Part shown: positions 19,266 through 29,650 of the stretch, in pieces
Layout of the letters: the number at the start of each line of letters is the position of its first letter
Numbering within the stretch: the first letter of the stretch is position 1
Assembly (NCBI GenBank): GCA_052325505.1
Contig: JBKQUS010000136.1
Span: forward strand, 67,140 to 131,139
Source: Limisphaerales bacterium
GTDB taxonomy: Bacteria; Verrucomicrobiota; Verrucomicrobiia; Limisphaerales; Palsa-1400
DNA: 64,000 nt
Direction of reading: 5' to 3'
Notes under the pieces: model-generated
The model's database searches: none
What the model was told of the DNA's origin: nothing
What the model saw: the letters and a program-made list of their open reading frames with translations, nothing else
Position numbers and translations under genes: made by a program

Positions 19266-19534
19266 GCCGGTGCGAATACTCCGGCCAATTCAGGGTAATT
19301 TTGCCAATTCGTGTCAAAAATCATTGGCCAGGTTGGATGAAACGCCCTCCTGTAGTATTTGAAACGGACGTCACCGCATCCATGCAACCATTGGACTTTC
19401 GCGTCGCGCCATGGGCCGCTCGAAGGAAATCCATCCAGTCTGACTTGGCGCGCAAATTGCAGCCCGGCTCGTATTATAAAATATGATTGTGACGACGAGT
19501 CCATTTGCTTAAAATCGAGGGTGGATGGCGAGAC

Positions 19535-21055
19535 ATGTTTAAATTCTCCCGACTTGTAATTATTTACGCGATTGCTGCCCCTGTGGCATTGATCTTGGGC
19601 TTCCTTGTTGTCTGGCCGGGCTTGCTTCCTTTTGAAATGATAGGCGTGCTCCTGTTCTTTCTTGCGTTGCCCATTTTTTTGGAATGGCACCACGTCTTGC
19701 TGATTGTCTTCTGGAATTCTGCATTCAGTGCCACGTTTCTGCCCAGCCGGCCGGATTTTTGGCTTTGTTGTGCCGCCGTTAGTTTTGCGGTTTCATTTCT
19801 GAACCATGTTCTTTTCAAGAGAAGATTCCTGCCTGCGCCGGAAATGACCCGCCCGCTACTTTTTTTGGCGGCCGTGGTGCTGGGCACAGCGTGGCTTCGC
19901 GGCGGGATTGGCCTCGCGTCTTTGGGAGGGGCGACTTATGGGGGAAGATATTATGTCTTTGTCCTGGGCGCCATCCTCGGCTATTTTGCCTTTACATCCG
20001 AGGCGGTTCCCATTGTCAAAAGTCGGAAGATGGCCAATTGGTTCTTCATTTCCGGGACAACGAATGCCTTGGCCAACGTCATTGTTATGCTCGGTCCGGC
20101 CTTTTATATCTTTTATCTCATTTTGCCGACCACCCAAGCCGTGGGCCAGTATGCGGCCGAAGCCGCCGGATCCGATGTTGTTCGCATTGGAGGTTTCGCG
20201 ATGGCCAGCTTCGCCGTCTTGAGCTTTTTGTTTGCCAACTACGGCATACGGGGGCTTTTTGATTGGTCCAAACCCTGGAGGTTCGTATTCCTATGCCTGA
20301 CGATTGTGGCGGGCGGCCTAGCGGGATTTCGCAGCGCCCTGGTCATGCTCTTTCTCTTGTTTGTCGTCCAATTTTACTTTGAAGGATTGATGCGCACGCG
20401 CTTTTTGCCGATTGTCGCGGGGCTGGCCGTCTTGGGTTTTATCCCAATCCTGTTTTTTTCCAGCTCGATGCCAGGGTCCGTCCAGCGCGCCATAAGCTTC
20501 CTGCCCGTCAAAGTGGATTCCGAGATTCTGGTGGAGGCACAATCATCGACCGATTGGCGGATCCAAATGTGGGACGTTGTGGCGAAGGAAGTGCCCAAGT
20601 ACCTGATCCTCGGCAAAGGATATTCCATTAATCCAGAAGAAATCCAGGCGGTGAATGAGGCCTCCCGCATGGGGATGCCCGTCAGCGCGTATGAAACCAA
20701 TATGGTGGCGGGCGACTACCACAGCGGACCTCTTTCCGTCTTGATCCCATTTGGCATATTCGGAGTCATTGGGTTTTTCTGGGTTTTGATCGGCGGCTAT
20801 CAGGTCCTTTACCGGAACTATCGTTTTGGCGATGCGAAATTGCGCCGGATCAACTGCGTCTTGTTAAGCTATTATCTGGCCCGTTGTTTCTGTTTCTTCT
20901 TTATCTTTGGTGCTCTGAGCACGGACCTGTATCTTTTTATGGGACTTTGTGGATTTAGTGTCAGCCTGAACGGCGGGGTCAAGAGAAGGGCGGCGGTGCC
21001 CAAGCGCGAGCCAGTACTGGTTGCGCAGCAAACCCTGGCGATGGACCCGGGATGA
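19535..21055 (+). CDS. O-antigen ligase/polymerase-like polytopic membrane protein (paralogue 1)
   Basis: Many TM segments; GFRSAL, DWRIQMW, ILGKGY, GDYHSGPL...FGIFG resemble the WaaL/Wzy_C layout. Confidence 0.75.
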   Translation: MFKFSRLVIIYAIAAPVALILGFLVVWPGLLPFEMIGVLLFFLALPIFLEWHHVLLIVFWNSAFSATFLPSRPDFWLCCAAVSFAVSFLNHVLFKRRFLPAPEMTRPLLFLAAVVLGTAWLRGGIGLASLGGATYGGRYYVFVLGAILGYFAFTSEAVPIVKSRKMANWFFISGTTNALANVIVMLGPAFYIFYLILPTTQAVGQYAAEAAGSDVVRIGGFAMASFAVLSFLFANYGIRGLFDWSKPWRFVFLCLTIVAGGLAGFRSALVMLFLLFVVQFYFEGLMRTRFLPIVAGLAVLGFIPILFFSSSMPGSVQRAISFLPVKVDSEILVEAQSSTDWRIQMWDVVAKEVPKYLILGKGYSINPEEIQAVNEASRMGMPVSAYETNMVAGDYHSGPLSVLIPFGIFGVIGFFWVLIGGYQVLYRNYRFGDAKLRRINCVLLSYYLARCFCFFFIFGALSTDLYLFMGLCGFSVSLNGGVKRRAAVPKREPVLVAQQTLAMDPG

Positions 21056-21076
21056 ATGAGCCGTCGATTGCCGGTT

Positions 21077-22588
21077 ATGTTTAATAAATACAGAGTATTT
21101 GCCGCCTACCTCATTGCCATTCCACTGGCATTGATTCTTGGCGTTCTGGCCTCGTCGCCCGACGAGTTGACTTTGATGCTCATCGGCATGCTCCTGTTTT
21201 TTCTGGCCCTGCCTGCTTTCATCAAATGGCATCACGCCTTGTTGATCTTTCTTTGGAATTCGGCCTTCAGCGCCAATTTCCTGCCGGGCGAGCCTGCCTT
21301 CTGGCTCATGCTCGCAGGGTTGAGTTTTGGGCTTTCGGTCCTGAACCATGTCATGGGGCGGCGGCCATTCCGGTCCGTCCCGGAAATGACCACTCCGCTT
21401 CTGCTGCTGGCGGCGGTGGTGATTGGCACAGCGTTCTACCGTGGTGGAATCGGGATCAGAATCCTGGGAGGGGCAGCCCATGGCGGCAAGAATTACATAT
21501 ATGTCTTGGGCGCCATCATTGGTTTTTTTGCCCTGACGGCCGGGGAAGTTCCGATTCATAAAAGCCGTAAAATGGCCGGGCTGTATTTCGTCTCTGGAAC
21601 CAGCTACGCCTTGAGCAACCTGATTTACACGCTGGGGCCGGCCTTTTACTCGTTTTATTATGTTGTGCCAGCCATTTACGCCGTGGGCCAGGCCCAAAGT
21701 GAACTTGGATCGGCCACCGTGGACCGCATCTCGGGCTTCGCGCCGGCCTGCATTGCAGGCCTGTCCTGCCTGCTGGTGCGCTACGGCGTTCGGGGGCTTT
21801 GCGACTGGTACAAACCCTGGCGATTTGTCTTCCTCTGTTTAACGGTTGGGGCCGGTCTCTTCGCGGGATTTCGTTCGGCCCTGGTGCTGCTGTTTCTTAT
21901 TTTTGTCTTCCAATTCTGCCTCGAAGGACTGCTGCGCACCCGTTTGTTCCCGATTCTGACCGGGTTGGCCATCGGCGGCTTTGTAGCGGTGGCGCTCTGC
22001 GCCGGCCGATTGCCTACATCTGTGCAACGCACCATAAGTTTTCTCCCGGTCAATGTGGACTCGGCAATCCGGGCGGACGCCGTGGGCACGGTCGATTGGC
22101 GGCTGCAAATGTGGTCGGAGGTGTGGCAGGACGCGCCAAAGTATTTGATGGTCGGCAAGGGATATTCCATTGATCCAGCCGAGATGGATGCAACGTTGGA
22201 CGCCATTCAGTTGGGAATGCTCAACAATTATGAGGAAAGAATCGTTGCGGGGGACTATCACAGCGGGCCTCTTTCCGTGATCATTCCATTTGGAATCGCC
22301 GGATCGGTGGCGTTTCTGTGGGTGTTGACTGCGGGCTTTCGGGTTCTTTACTCCAACTACCGTTACGGCGATGCGAGGCTGCACCGGATTAACGCTGTGT
22401 TATTATCGTATTATGCGGCCCAGGTTGTCTGTTTTTTGTTCGTTTATGGCTCCTTGAGCAACGAACTGTTTACTCTCCTGGGACCTGTGGGATTGGGCAT
22501 CAGCCTGAACGGCGGGATGAAGAAAAAGCCCCGGTCTGAATTCCTGCGCGAATCCCTGCCGCAACGGTATGCCATGGAAGTGGAGTGA
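21077..22588 (+). CDS. O-antigen ligase/polymerase-like polytopic membrane protein (paralogue 2)
   Basis: Same motifs (GFRSAL, DWRLQMW, GKGYSI, GDYHSGPLSV); collinear with paralogue 1; alternative start at 21056. Confidence 0.75.
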   Translation: MFNKYRVFAAYLIAIPLALILGVLASSPDELTLMLIGMLLFFLALPAFIKWHHALLIFLWNSAFSANFLPGEPAFWLMLAGLSFGLSVLNHVMGRRPFRSVPEMTTPLLLLAAVVIGTAFYRGGIGIRILGGAAHGGKNYIYVLGAIIGFFALTAGEVPIHKSRKMAGLYFVSGTSYALSNLIYTLGPAFYSFYYVVPAIYAVGQAQSELGSATVDRISGFAPACIAGLSCLLVRYGVRGLCDWYKPWRFVFLCLTVGAGLFAGFRSALVLLFLIFVFQFCLEGLLRTRLFPILTGLAIGGFVAVALCAGRLPTSVQRTISFLPVNVDSAIRADAVGTVDWRLQMWSEVWQDAPKYLMVGKGYSIDPAEMDATLDAIQLGMLNNYEERIVAGDYHSGPLSVIIPFGIAGSVAFLWVLTAGFRVLYSNYRYGDARLHRINAVLLSYYAAQVVCFLFVYGSLSNELFTLLGPVGLGISLNGGMKKKPRSEFLRESLPQRYAMEVE

Positions 22589-22595
22589 TGTCCTG

Positions 22596-23447
22596 ATGCG
22601 CTTTTCCATAATCACTCCAAGTTTTAGAAGTTCCGCCTGGCTCAAGCTTTGCATCGCCTCGGTGGCGGACCAGGGAGTTGAGTTGGAGCATATTGTTCAG
22701 GACGGCCTTTCCGACGACGGCACTTTGGACTGGCTCTTGTCGGATCGGCGGGTCACGGCCTGCGCTGAGAAGGATGCGGGGATGTATGATGCCGTGAATC
22801 GTGGATTAAAAAAGTCCCGCGGCGATATTCTGGCCTATTTGAACTGCGATGAACAATACTTGCCCGGGACGCTGCAAGCGGTGTCCGATCATTTCGACCG
22901 CCATCCTGAAATAGACGTGCTCTTCGCGGATTGCCTGGTGGTGGATGCCTTGGGCGATTGCCTGTGTTATCGAAAGGTGCAGGTCCCTTCCCCATATCAT
23001 ACCATGGTGTTGCATTTGCAAACATTCACCTGCTCCACGTTTTTTCGCAGAAGCATCCTTGATGACCACGGCTTGTTTTTCGATGCGAAGTGGCGCGTCG
23101 CGGGTGATGCCGATTGGGTGCTGCGCTTGCTGAAGGCCAAGATTCGGATGGGCATTCTTCGGCGGTTCACATCCGCGTTTACCGACACGGGTGAAAACCT
23201 GGCCCTGAGCGCCAGCGCCGTGAGGGAAGCACAGGTGATGGTGAACGCAGCGCCAACTTGGGCGCGGAAGCTGGAGTTTGCCCTCGTGTGGCAGCATCGG
23301 CTACGCCGGCTTTTCGGCGGCATTTACCGCCAAAGACCATTTGATTACGAGATTTACACCCTGGCCAATCCGGAGCGGCGGGTTGCGCATCACGTGGAAA
23401 ATCCAACCTTCGTTTGGAAAAGCCGGCTGAAGTCCCCTTTCATTTGA
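22596..23447 (+). CDS. GT2 glycosyltransferase (WcaE-like)
   Basis: FSIITPSF, DGLSDDGT, GMYDAVNRG, YLNCDE. Confidence 0.9.
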   Translation: MRFSIITPSFRSSAWLKLCIASVADQGVELEHIVQDGLSDDGTLDWLLSDRRVTACAEKDAGMYDAVNRGLKKSRGDILAYLNCDEQYLPGTLQAVSDHFDRHPEIDVLFADCLVVDALGDCLCYRKVQVPSPYHTMVLHLQTFTCSTFFRRSILDDHGLFFDAKWRVAGDADWVLRLLKAKIRMGILRRFTSAFTDTGENLALSASAVREAQVMVNAAPTWARKLEFALVWQHRLRRLFGGIYRQRPFDYEIYTLANPERRVAHHVENPTFVWKSRLKSPFI

Positions 23448-23469
23448 TTGGCGCAGAATCCTTACCAGC

Positions 23470-23965
23470 ACCGAACCACTCTGGCGGTTGATTTCCCATT
23501 GGGCGTCCTCGCAAATTTCAAAACCCATCCTCATCCCTCGGCAGTTGAACAGAAGGTCGCCCATCGGAACCGTCACACCGTTGCTCGACACTTCCCGCCG
23601 CAATCCCTGCGGCCAAGGCTTGAACCAGTGGGGTTCGTAATGAATGCCGTCTCCGCCAGGAACCGCTTGGCCACAACACCGACGATGGCCCCGTCCACCG
23701 CCAGACAGGCGCAATTGAACGGGCCATTCTGGTAAAGCACCGGCAAACCAAAGGGAACAATCCTCCCGCGCGTGGCCGGGAGCAATTCGGCCAGGTTTTG
23801 CGCGGCCATTTCCGCCGTGTTGGCCGAATGAAACGCGTCTCCTCAGCCGTAGCCGGTGATGCACAGTTCAGGCAGGCACAGCAGGCTGACGCGCTGCATC
23901 GCGCGCCGTCTCGATGGCCCTCAAAATCCGCCGGCGGTTCCCCAGCCAGTCAAACAGGGTTTTAC
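23470..23965 (-). pseudogene. nadE: Glutamine-dependent NAD+ synthetase N-terminal (nitrilase-domain) fragment
   Basis: DWLGNRRRILRAIE, LLCLPELCITGYG*, GLPVLYQNG.FNCACL, GIHYEP.WF, GFEICED spread over shifted frames with a stop; boundaries approximate. Confidence 0.8.
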
Positions 23966-24526
23966 AGGAAATTCCTGCTGGCGGCGGGTTTGTTCGGAGC
24001 GGGCTCCTTTGCCCACAAAATGCTGATCCTGCTGGCGGCCCAGAAATTAACTCCCCGGTCCGGCACGGCCAAAGCCGCCAGCGTGGCCGTGGCCCTGTAC
24101 ATTCTCCAGAACATCTTTTACGCGGCGTTCAGTTACATCGGCGGCTGGCTCGTGGACCACTTTGCCAAGAAATGGCTGCTCGCCGCTGGCTTTTCGCTCG
24201 GCGCGGTCATGACCCTTTGCGTTAGCGTCGCGCCGGTCGGCTTCTGTAGCCTGTCACTCATATTCGTGCTCGGGGGGATGGGCGTCGCGCTGGAGGAAAC
24301 TTTGGAAGATTCCTACTGCGCCGAACTCGTTGAAGAAAAGCACCGGGGCATGGCCTTCGGGGAGCTGGCCACGGTCAACGGCATCGGCGATTTTCTGTCG
24401 AGCATCATCGTGGGGCTGCTCTGGGCGGCAGCGGGCATTCCGGTTGCCTTTGCCTACAGTGCCGTGTTATCTGTGGCTGGTGCCTGGCTCGTGACGAGCG
24501 TCAAAGATGAGAATCCAAAATCATGA
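23955..24526 (+). pseudogene. MFS transporter C-terminal half only
   Basis: YRKFLLAAGLF..., GGWLVDHFAKK, RGMAFG...GDFLSSIIVGLLW; no N-terminal half or credible start. Confidence 0.7.
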
Positions 24527-26306
24527 ATTCCCGCTTCTCCCGCTCGCGCTCCTGCCGCTGTTGTTAAACGTCGCGGCGGAAAATATGCACGGCGAGGCTT
24601 CCTCCCCGGCAATGGTCACGCAGACGCTTACGGAGGCTGAAATCCAAACCATGCTGCAGGACAACATCGGCCGGGAGCCGGTCGGTTTGGTGGTGGGGAT
24701 TGCGGATGAGCATGGCCGGCGGGTCATCAGCTACGGAAAGCTGGACAATGGCACCGACCGCGAGGTGGACGGCGATACGCTTTTCGAAATCGGCTCAATT
24801 ACCAAGGTGTTCACGGCTTTGCTGCTCCAGGATATGGTTGATCGCGGGGAGATGAAGCTGGACGACCCGGTGCAACGGTATCTGCCTGCCTCCGTCAAAA
24901 TGCCAACGTATCAAGGCCGGCAGATCACTCTGCTGCACCTCGCCACCCACACCTCCGGCCTGCCGCGCGATGTCAACAATGAGACGCCTCGAAGTTGGAG
25001 GAATCCGGGGGAGGGCTACACGGTCGCGCAGTTCTACGACTTTCTATCCCATTGCAAGCTGGGCCGGGCGCCGGGAACCCGGCAGGAGTATTCCAATCTG
25101 GGCGTGGCGTTGCTGGGCTATGTCATCTCGCTCAAAGCGGGCAAGGATTACGAGACGCTGCTGGAGGAGCGGATCTGCCGGCCCTTGGGAATGGACGGCA
25201 CGCACATCACCGTGCCTTCAGAGATGAGGCCGCGGCTGGCTGGCGGTCATTGCCTGCCTGACCGGCGCGTGATGGGCGAGGACTTTTCCTTTCTGCCGGG
25301 CGCCGGCGGCATCCACTCCACGGCCAATGACCTGCTCAAATTCATCTCAGCTTATGCGGGGCTGACACCCTCTCCACTGCGCGCCCTGATGCAGGAAGCC
25401 GAGGCCTACCATGCACTGGAGGATGGAACCCAACGCCGGCTCGCTTGGTGGGGAAATGAAACCGTCTTCATGCATGGCGGTCTGACCTATGGCTTCAGCG
25501 CGGACCTTGCCTTCGATTGCAAAAAGCGCCGGGGCGTCGTCGTCTTGTCAAATTGCTCCAACAGCAGATTCCTTCCAGCAGTCACGGAAAATGAACGCTT
25601 GCTGGGCGGCAGATCGCCCTTGCCGGAGCGATTAGCGCCGGCTGATACCGCCTTCGATGACCAATGCTCAGGGCAATACCAGATTGACAAGAACTCGAAT
25701 ATTTACACCATCCGTCGCGAAGGCAAACGGTGGCTGGCTCAATGGCTCGGGCGGTCTGGCGAACGCTACGCGGTCTATGAACTGTATCCTCAATCGGCCT
25801 CGGTTTTCCGCAACGACTTCTTCGACACACGGGTGACATTTCTTCCCGCGACCAACAGCCAGGCGCTGAAATTGTTCTTCGTCTATCCGCAGGGCTGCTT
25901 TGAGATGACCAAAATCTCCGGCGAAATCCCCAAACCGCCGGCTCCGATTCAAGCGAATGCCAGGCTCTATGACGGCTTCGCTGGGCGATACAGGAAGGCG
26001 TTCCTTTTCGGACTGATCCATTTGGGCCCGATCCTCAGTGTGCGCCGTGAGACGGATGAAATGGGCGACCATCTGGTCGCCTCCATACGAGGCTCCCATC
26101 TCGAGACCGTTGCTCCCACTTTGAGCGGCGGTTACCTTGGTTGCGAACTTTTCCCTGCAAGTGAAACCAGTTTTTTCAATCCGCAGGCAGGTAATCTGAG
26201 GGTCAGCTTCGTCAGGAACAAGAAGGGCAAAACGACCGGCTTGATTGCGGAATTGAACGGCGTGAAAATTGCCGGCGACCGGGTGTCAAATCAGCCTGCG
26301 AAGTGA
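24507..26306 (+). CDS. Serine hydrolase, beta-lactamase (AmpC/PBP-like) family, with C-terminal extension
   Basis: Signal-like N-terminus, FEIGSITK (SxxK), LATHTSGLP, YSN, HGG. Confidence 0.9.
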   Translation: MRIQNHEFPLLPLALLPLLLNVAAENMHGEASSPAMVTQTLTEAEIQTMLQDNIGREPVGLVVGIADEHGRRVISYGKLDNGTDREVDGDTLFEIGSITKVFTALLLQDMVDRGEMKLDDPVQRYLPASVKMPTYQGRQITLLHLATHTSGLPRDVNNETPRSWRNPGEGYTVAQFYDFLSHCKLGRAPGTRQEYSNLGVALLGYVISLKAGKDYETLLEERICRPLGMDGTHITVPSEMRPRLAGGHCLPDRRVMGEDFSFLPGAGGIHSTANDLLKFISAYAGLTPSPLRALMQEAEAYHALEDGTQRRLAWWGNETVFMHGGLTYGFSADLAFDCKKRRGVVVLSNCSNSRFLPAVTENERLLGGRSPLPERLAPADTAFDDQCSGQYQIDKNSNIYTIRREGKRWLAQWLGRSGERYAVYELYPQSASVFRNDFFDTRVTFLPATNSQALKLFFVYPQGCFEMTKISGEIPKPPAPIQANARLYDGFAGRYRKAFLFGLIHLGPILSVRRETDEMGDHLVASIRGSHLETVAPTLSGGYLGCELFPASETSFFNPQAGNLRVSFVRNKKGKTTGLIAELNGVKIAGDRVSNQPAK

Positions 26307-26349
26307 GGCGGCACCTCCGAAGCGGGATACGCATCTGAAGCCGACCGTG

Positions 26350-27663
26350 TCAGCTCGCGACGGGGGCGGGTTGCCCGTTTCCCAGGTGCCGCACAATGTA
26401 GGGCTCAAATTCCGCATGACACTGCGGTGGGATGCGCGCTTTGAACCGCGCCTGGGTTCCTTCATAATCGCGCTCGACGACTTGGGCCACTTGATGCAGG
26501 CGCGCAATCACGGCCGAGTCGCCATGCGGCACGCGCAGTTCGACAAATTCGCGGATGGGCCGCAGTTGCGTGCCCAACTCCTGGATCAACGCCGGAATGC
26601 CCTGGCCGGTGCTGGCCGACACCGCCACCGCCTTGGGATATTGATCGAGGAACTTTTGCAGTAGGCCATCGCCGCCGAACCGGTCGATTTTGTTGAAAAC
26701 CATCAGGGTCGGCTTGCCGCCTGCCCCGATTTCGTGAAGCACCGCGTTGACAGCCGCGATCTGTTCGGCGGCCTGGGGATGGCTGATATCGACCACGTGC
26801 AAAAGCAATTCGGCCTGGACCACTTCCTCCAATGTCGCCTTGAAGGCCTCAACCAAGCCGTGCGGCAATTTGCGGATGAAGCCGACGGTATCTGTCAAGA
26901 ATACGTTCTGGTTCGTCGGCAGGCGCAGCCGGCGCGTCGCCGGGTCCAGGGTGGCAAAAAGTTTGTCCTCCGCCAGCACGGACGCGCCGGTCAACGCGTT
27001 GAGCAGGGTGGATTTGCCGGCGTTGGTGTAGCCCACGATCGAGGCCAGGGGCCACAGGTTGCGTTGCCGCCCGCTGCGCTGCGTGGCGCGCCGCTGCCCC
27101 ACTGCTTTCAGGTCTTCGCTGATTTTTTCAATCCGCTCCTGCACCCGCCGTCGGTCGGATTCCAGTTGCGATTCGCCTTCGCCGCCGCGCATGCCGATGC
27201 CGCCGGATTGGCGCGAAAGATGGCCCCAAAAACGGGTCAGACGCGGCAGCAGATGCTGCAATTGGGCCAGTTCCACCTGCAATTTGCCTTCTCGCGATTG
27301 GGCGCGTTGGGCGAAGATGTCAAGAATCAGCGCCGTGCGGTCCAGGACCTTGCAGCCAAAAACCTTTTCCAGATTGCGGCTTTGAGCCGGCGTCAGCTCG
27401 TCGTCGAAGACCACCGTATCGACATCGTTCGCCGCGCAAAACCGGGCAAACTCCGCCGCCTTGCCAGGACCGATGAAAGTGCCGGCCACGGGCGCCTCGA
27501 GCTTTTGGGCGCCGTCGCCTATGACCGCGCCGCCAGCGGTGACGGCCAATTCGGCCAGCTCATCCAGGGATTCGCGCGTGGCATGGTTCGAGGCGGATTT
27601 GAGTTCGAGGCCGATGAGGAAGACGCGTTCGGTCCTCTTGTTGAGCGAGATCAGTGCTTTCAA
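26350..27663 (-). CDS. hflX: GTPase HflX
   Basis: LILDIFAQRA..EGKLQVELAQ, GYTNAGKST, LFATLD, DTVGFI, NKID. Confidence 0.96.
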   Translation of the reverse strand: MKALISLNKRTERVFLIGLELKSASNHATRESLDELAELAVTAGGAVIGDGAQKLEAPVAGTFIGPGKAAEFARFCAANDVDTVVFDDELTPAQSRNLEKVFGCKVLDRTALILDIFAQRAQSREGKLQVELAQLQHLLPRLTRFWGHLSRQSGGIGMRGGEGESQLESDRRRVQERIEKISEDLKAVGQRRATQRSGRQRNLWPLASIVGYTNAGKSTLLNALTGASVLAEDKLFATLDPATRRLRLPTNQNVFLTDTVGFIRKLPHGLVEAFKATLEEVVQAELLLHVVDISHPQAAEQIAAVNAVLHEIGAGGKPTLMVFNKIDRFGGDGLLQKFLDQYPKAVAVSASTGQGIPALIQELGTQLRPIREFVELRVPHGDSAVIARLHQVAQVVERDYEGTQARFKARIPPQCHAEFEPYIVRHLGNGQPAPVAS

Positions 27664-27740
27664 GGTTTGAGTGCTTCAACCAACAGTATTATCATAGCAT
27701 AAATTGGCGCAAAAGCGAGCGACAAGCGGCACGCTTGCGG

Positions 27741-29309
27741 TCATGGCTCGAACTCTTTGACGCGGAAGGCAGGCAGGGGGCCTTCCTTGGTTGGAATGGC
27801 TGTTTTATCCGCCTTGATCAGGTTGAAGACATGCTGAAAGAGATCGGGACTGATCACCACCTCGCCCTCGTCCGCGCCTTCACAGTAGCGAAAGGAGCGG
27901 TTGACAGCGTCCCCTATGACCGTGAATTCAAGCCGATCGACTGTCCCGATAAAACCGTGAAACACCTCGCCGCAATGCAAACCAATGCGCACCCGGCACG
28001 CGGCCTCGCCCCGCGTTGCCCGTGCCTGGCTGGTAGCCTGCACCGCTTGTTGAATCGCCTGGGCGGCGCGCACGGCTTTTTGGTGATGTTGCGGGTCGGC
28101 CTCCGGACTGCCGAAGACAGCCAGCACGGCGTCGCCGACGAATTTGTCCACCGTTCCATCATGGTGGAAAATGGTTTCGACCATCGGCTGGAAATAATTA
28201 TTGAGCATGTCCACCACGTCGCGGGCGTCCATCTTGGCGCATTGCCGGGTGAAATCGCAGATATCGCACACCAGCAGGGTGATTTCAGACTTGACTCCCC
28301 CGGGGCGCAACTTGCCGTCGCGGGCTTGATTGAGCAGGAGCGCGCGCACTTTTGGGGAAAAATTGGCCAGCAAGCGGTCCAGCAACTTGTTGCTTTGCCG
28401 CAATTCCGCGCGCATCTGCTGATCGGCCATCGTCATGCCCGCGTATTGGCCGATGGCAATGAGAAATTCCAGGTCCGCGTCGCGGAACGTGTCCGTCGCC
28501 ACCGGAGTATCCACGCAAATTACGCCGAAGACCTGATCCTGCCACTGCAACGGGGCGTACATGCCCGTCACGACTTGAAACTTGCGCAGGCTGCGGCTCG
28601 TGTCGCCACCGGAAGAGCGCCAAATGAAGCCGCGTTTTTCATCGAGTGCCCGCCGGGCCAGCGTTGCGCTGACCGCCGGTTCATCGGGGGAGACATAAGC
28701 CTTCAGCAACAAGGCGTCCTGTTGCGGATCGCGCATGAGCAGTGCGCCGCGCCGCGCGCAAGGAATCGCCTCAACGACCCGGTCCATGACCGTTTGCAAA
28801 AGCTCGCTGCGGCCGGCTTGTGCCGCCAATTGCCGCGGAAGATCCAGGACCATGGCCAGGCACCTGGCCGTTGCAGACGCGGCCGCGTCATTGCCAAACG
28901 TCAAGCTGCGGTCTGTTTTAATTGTTTTCAGAATCATCACGCCAGGATGCGAGAAGTTGGCGTCGGTGCCGGCCGCGACGGGGGCGTCAGGCGTGGCGTC
29001 AGGGATGAGCGTGACGCGCAAAGTGGTTTGTCCAATGAGAATAGTGTCATCCGGCCACAGCCGCATTTTCCCGTGGCCGCGGATGTCCCGTCCATTGATT
29101 TGAGTTCCGAAGCGGCTGTCCAGATCGGTCAACCAGACGATGTCATTCCTGACTTCTATCACTGCATGCCGGCGCGACACATTGATATCAACGGACAAAT
29201 CCAAGCCCTGTGTTTCATCATTGCTGAATCGACCGATCACAAGCTTGTCAGGATGGAAATCGCGGACGTTCTCGGCGCCCTGATAGTTCCATGTAATCCG
29301 CAACGGCAT
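27741..29309 (-). CDS. FHA-GAF-class III adenylate/guanylate cyclase
   Basis: FHA (IGR, VSRRHA, DLDSRFGTQING), GAF, cyclase (CDICDFT, DKFVGDA, FTVIGDAVN..R). Confidence 0.9.
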   Translation of the reverse strand: MPLRITWNYQGAENVRDFHPDKLVIGRFSNDETQGLDLSVDINVSRRHAVIEVRNDIVWLTDLDSRFGTQINGRDIRGHGKMRLWPDDTILIGQTTLRVTLIPDATPDAPVAAGTDANFSHPGVMILKTIKTDRSLTFGNDAAASATARCLAMVLDLPRQLAAQAGRSELLQTVMDRVVEAIPCARRGALLMRDPQQDALLLKAYVSPDEPAVSATLARRALDEKRGFIWRSSGGDTSRSLRKFQVVTGMYAPLQWQDQVFGVICVDTPVATDTFRDADLEFLIAIGQYAGMTMADQQMRAELRQSNKLLDRLLANFSPKVRALLLNQARDGKLRPGGVKSEITLLVCDICDFTRQCAKMDARDVVDMLNNYFQPMVETIFHHDGTVDKFVGDAVLAVFGSPEADPQHHQKAVRAAQAIQQAVQATSQARATRGEAACRVRIGLHCGEVFHGFIGTVDRLEFTVIGDAVNRSFRYCEGADEGEVVISPDLFQHVFNLIKADKTAIPTKEGPLPAFRVKEFEP

Positions 29310-29650
29310 TTCAAATAATCGGGTTATTGCTGTTTAGTCAGGAAATATGTAACAAACGCCGCCGACACTTGCAATCACCTCCTTGATCCGCCAAACCTCG
29401 CCCATTCTGCCGTGACCCAGGAAACGAAATGGGACAAAGCGTCCATTGCCAAACTTCCGGCCAGGCTGCATTGGATCTGATTCAGACATCCAGTGGTGTT
29501 ACCGGCACCCATTCTATAAATGGACGCGTGAATGAAAAGATCGAATTAATTGGGTGCCCGCGTCAATTAGTGGAAAGGAAGGCGTTGAACCAACCGATGA
29601 TTGAAATGGATGGATAAATTTAACCATTTTCTCGTTGAGACAATAAAATG

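Noticed and set aside
19262-19296. tRNA-like arm (CCGG-TGCGAATACT-CCGG)
   Set aside because: No cloverleaf or proper T-loop can be built
24507-26306. Antibiotic-resistance beta-lactamase
   Set aside because: Motifs only place it in the broad serine hydrolase family (HGG rather than KTG); resistance cannot be claimed
27654-29318. 554-aa plus-strand ORF, and similar long antisense ORFs (1232-2620, 3696-5147, 37640-39544, 55389-57230, 62724-63839)
   Set aside because: Shadow frames opposite well-supported genes in GC-rich DNA; no recognisable motifs
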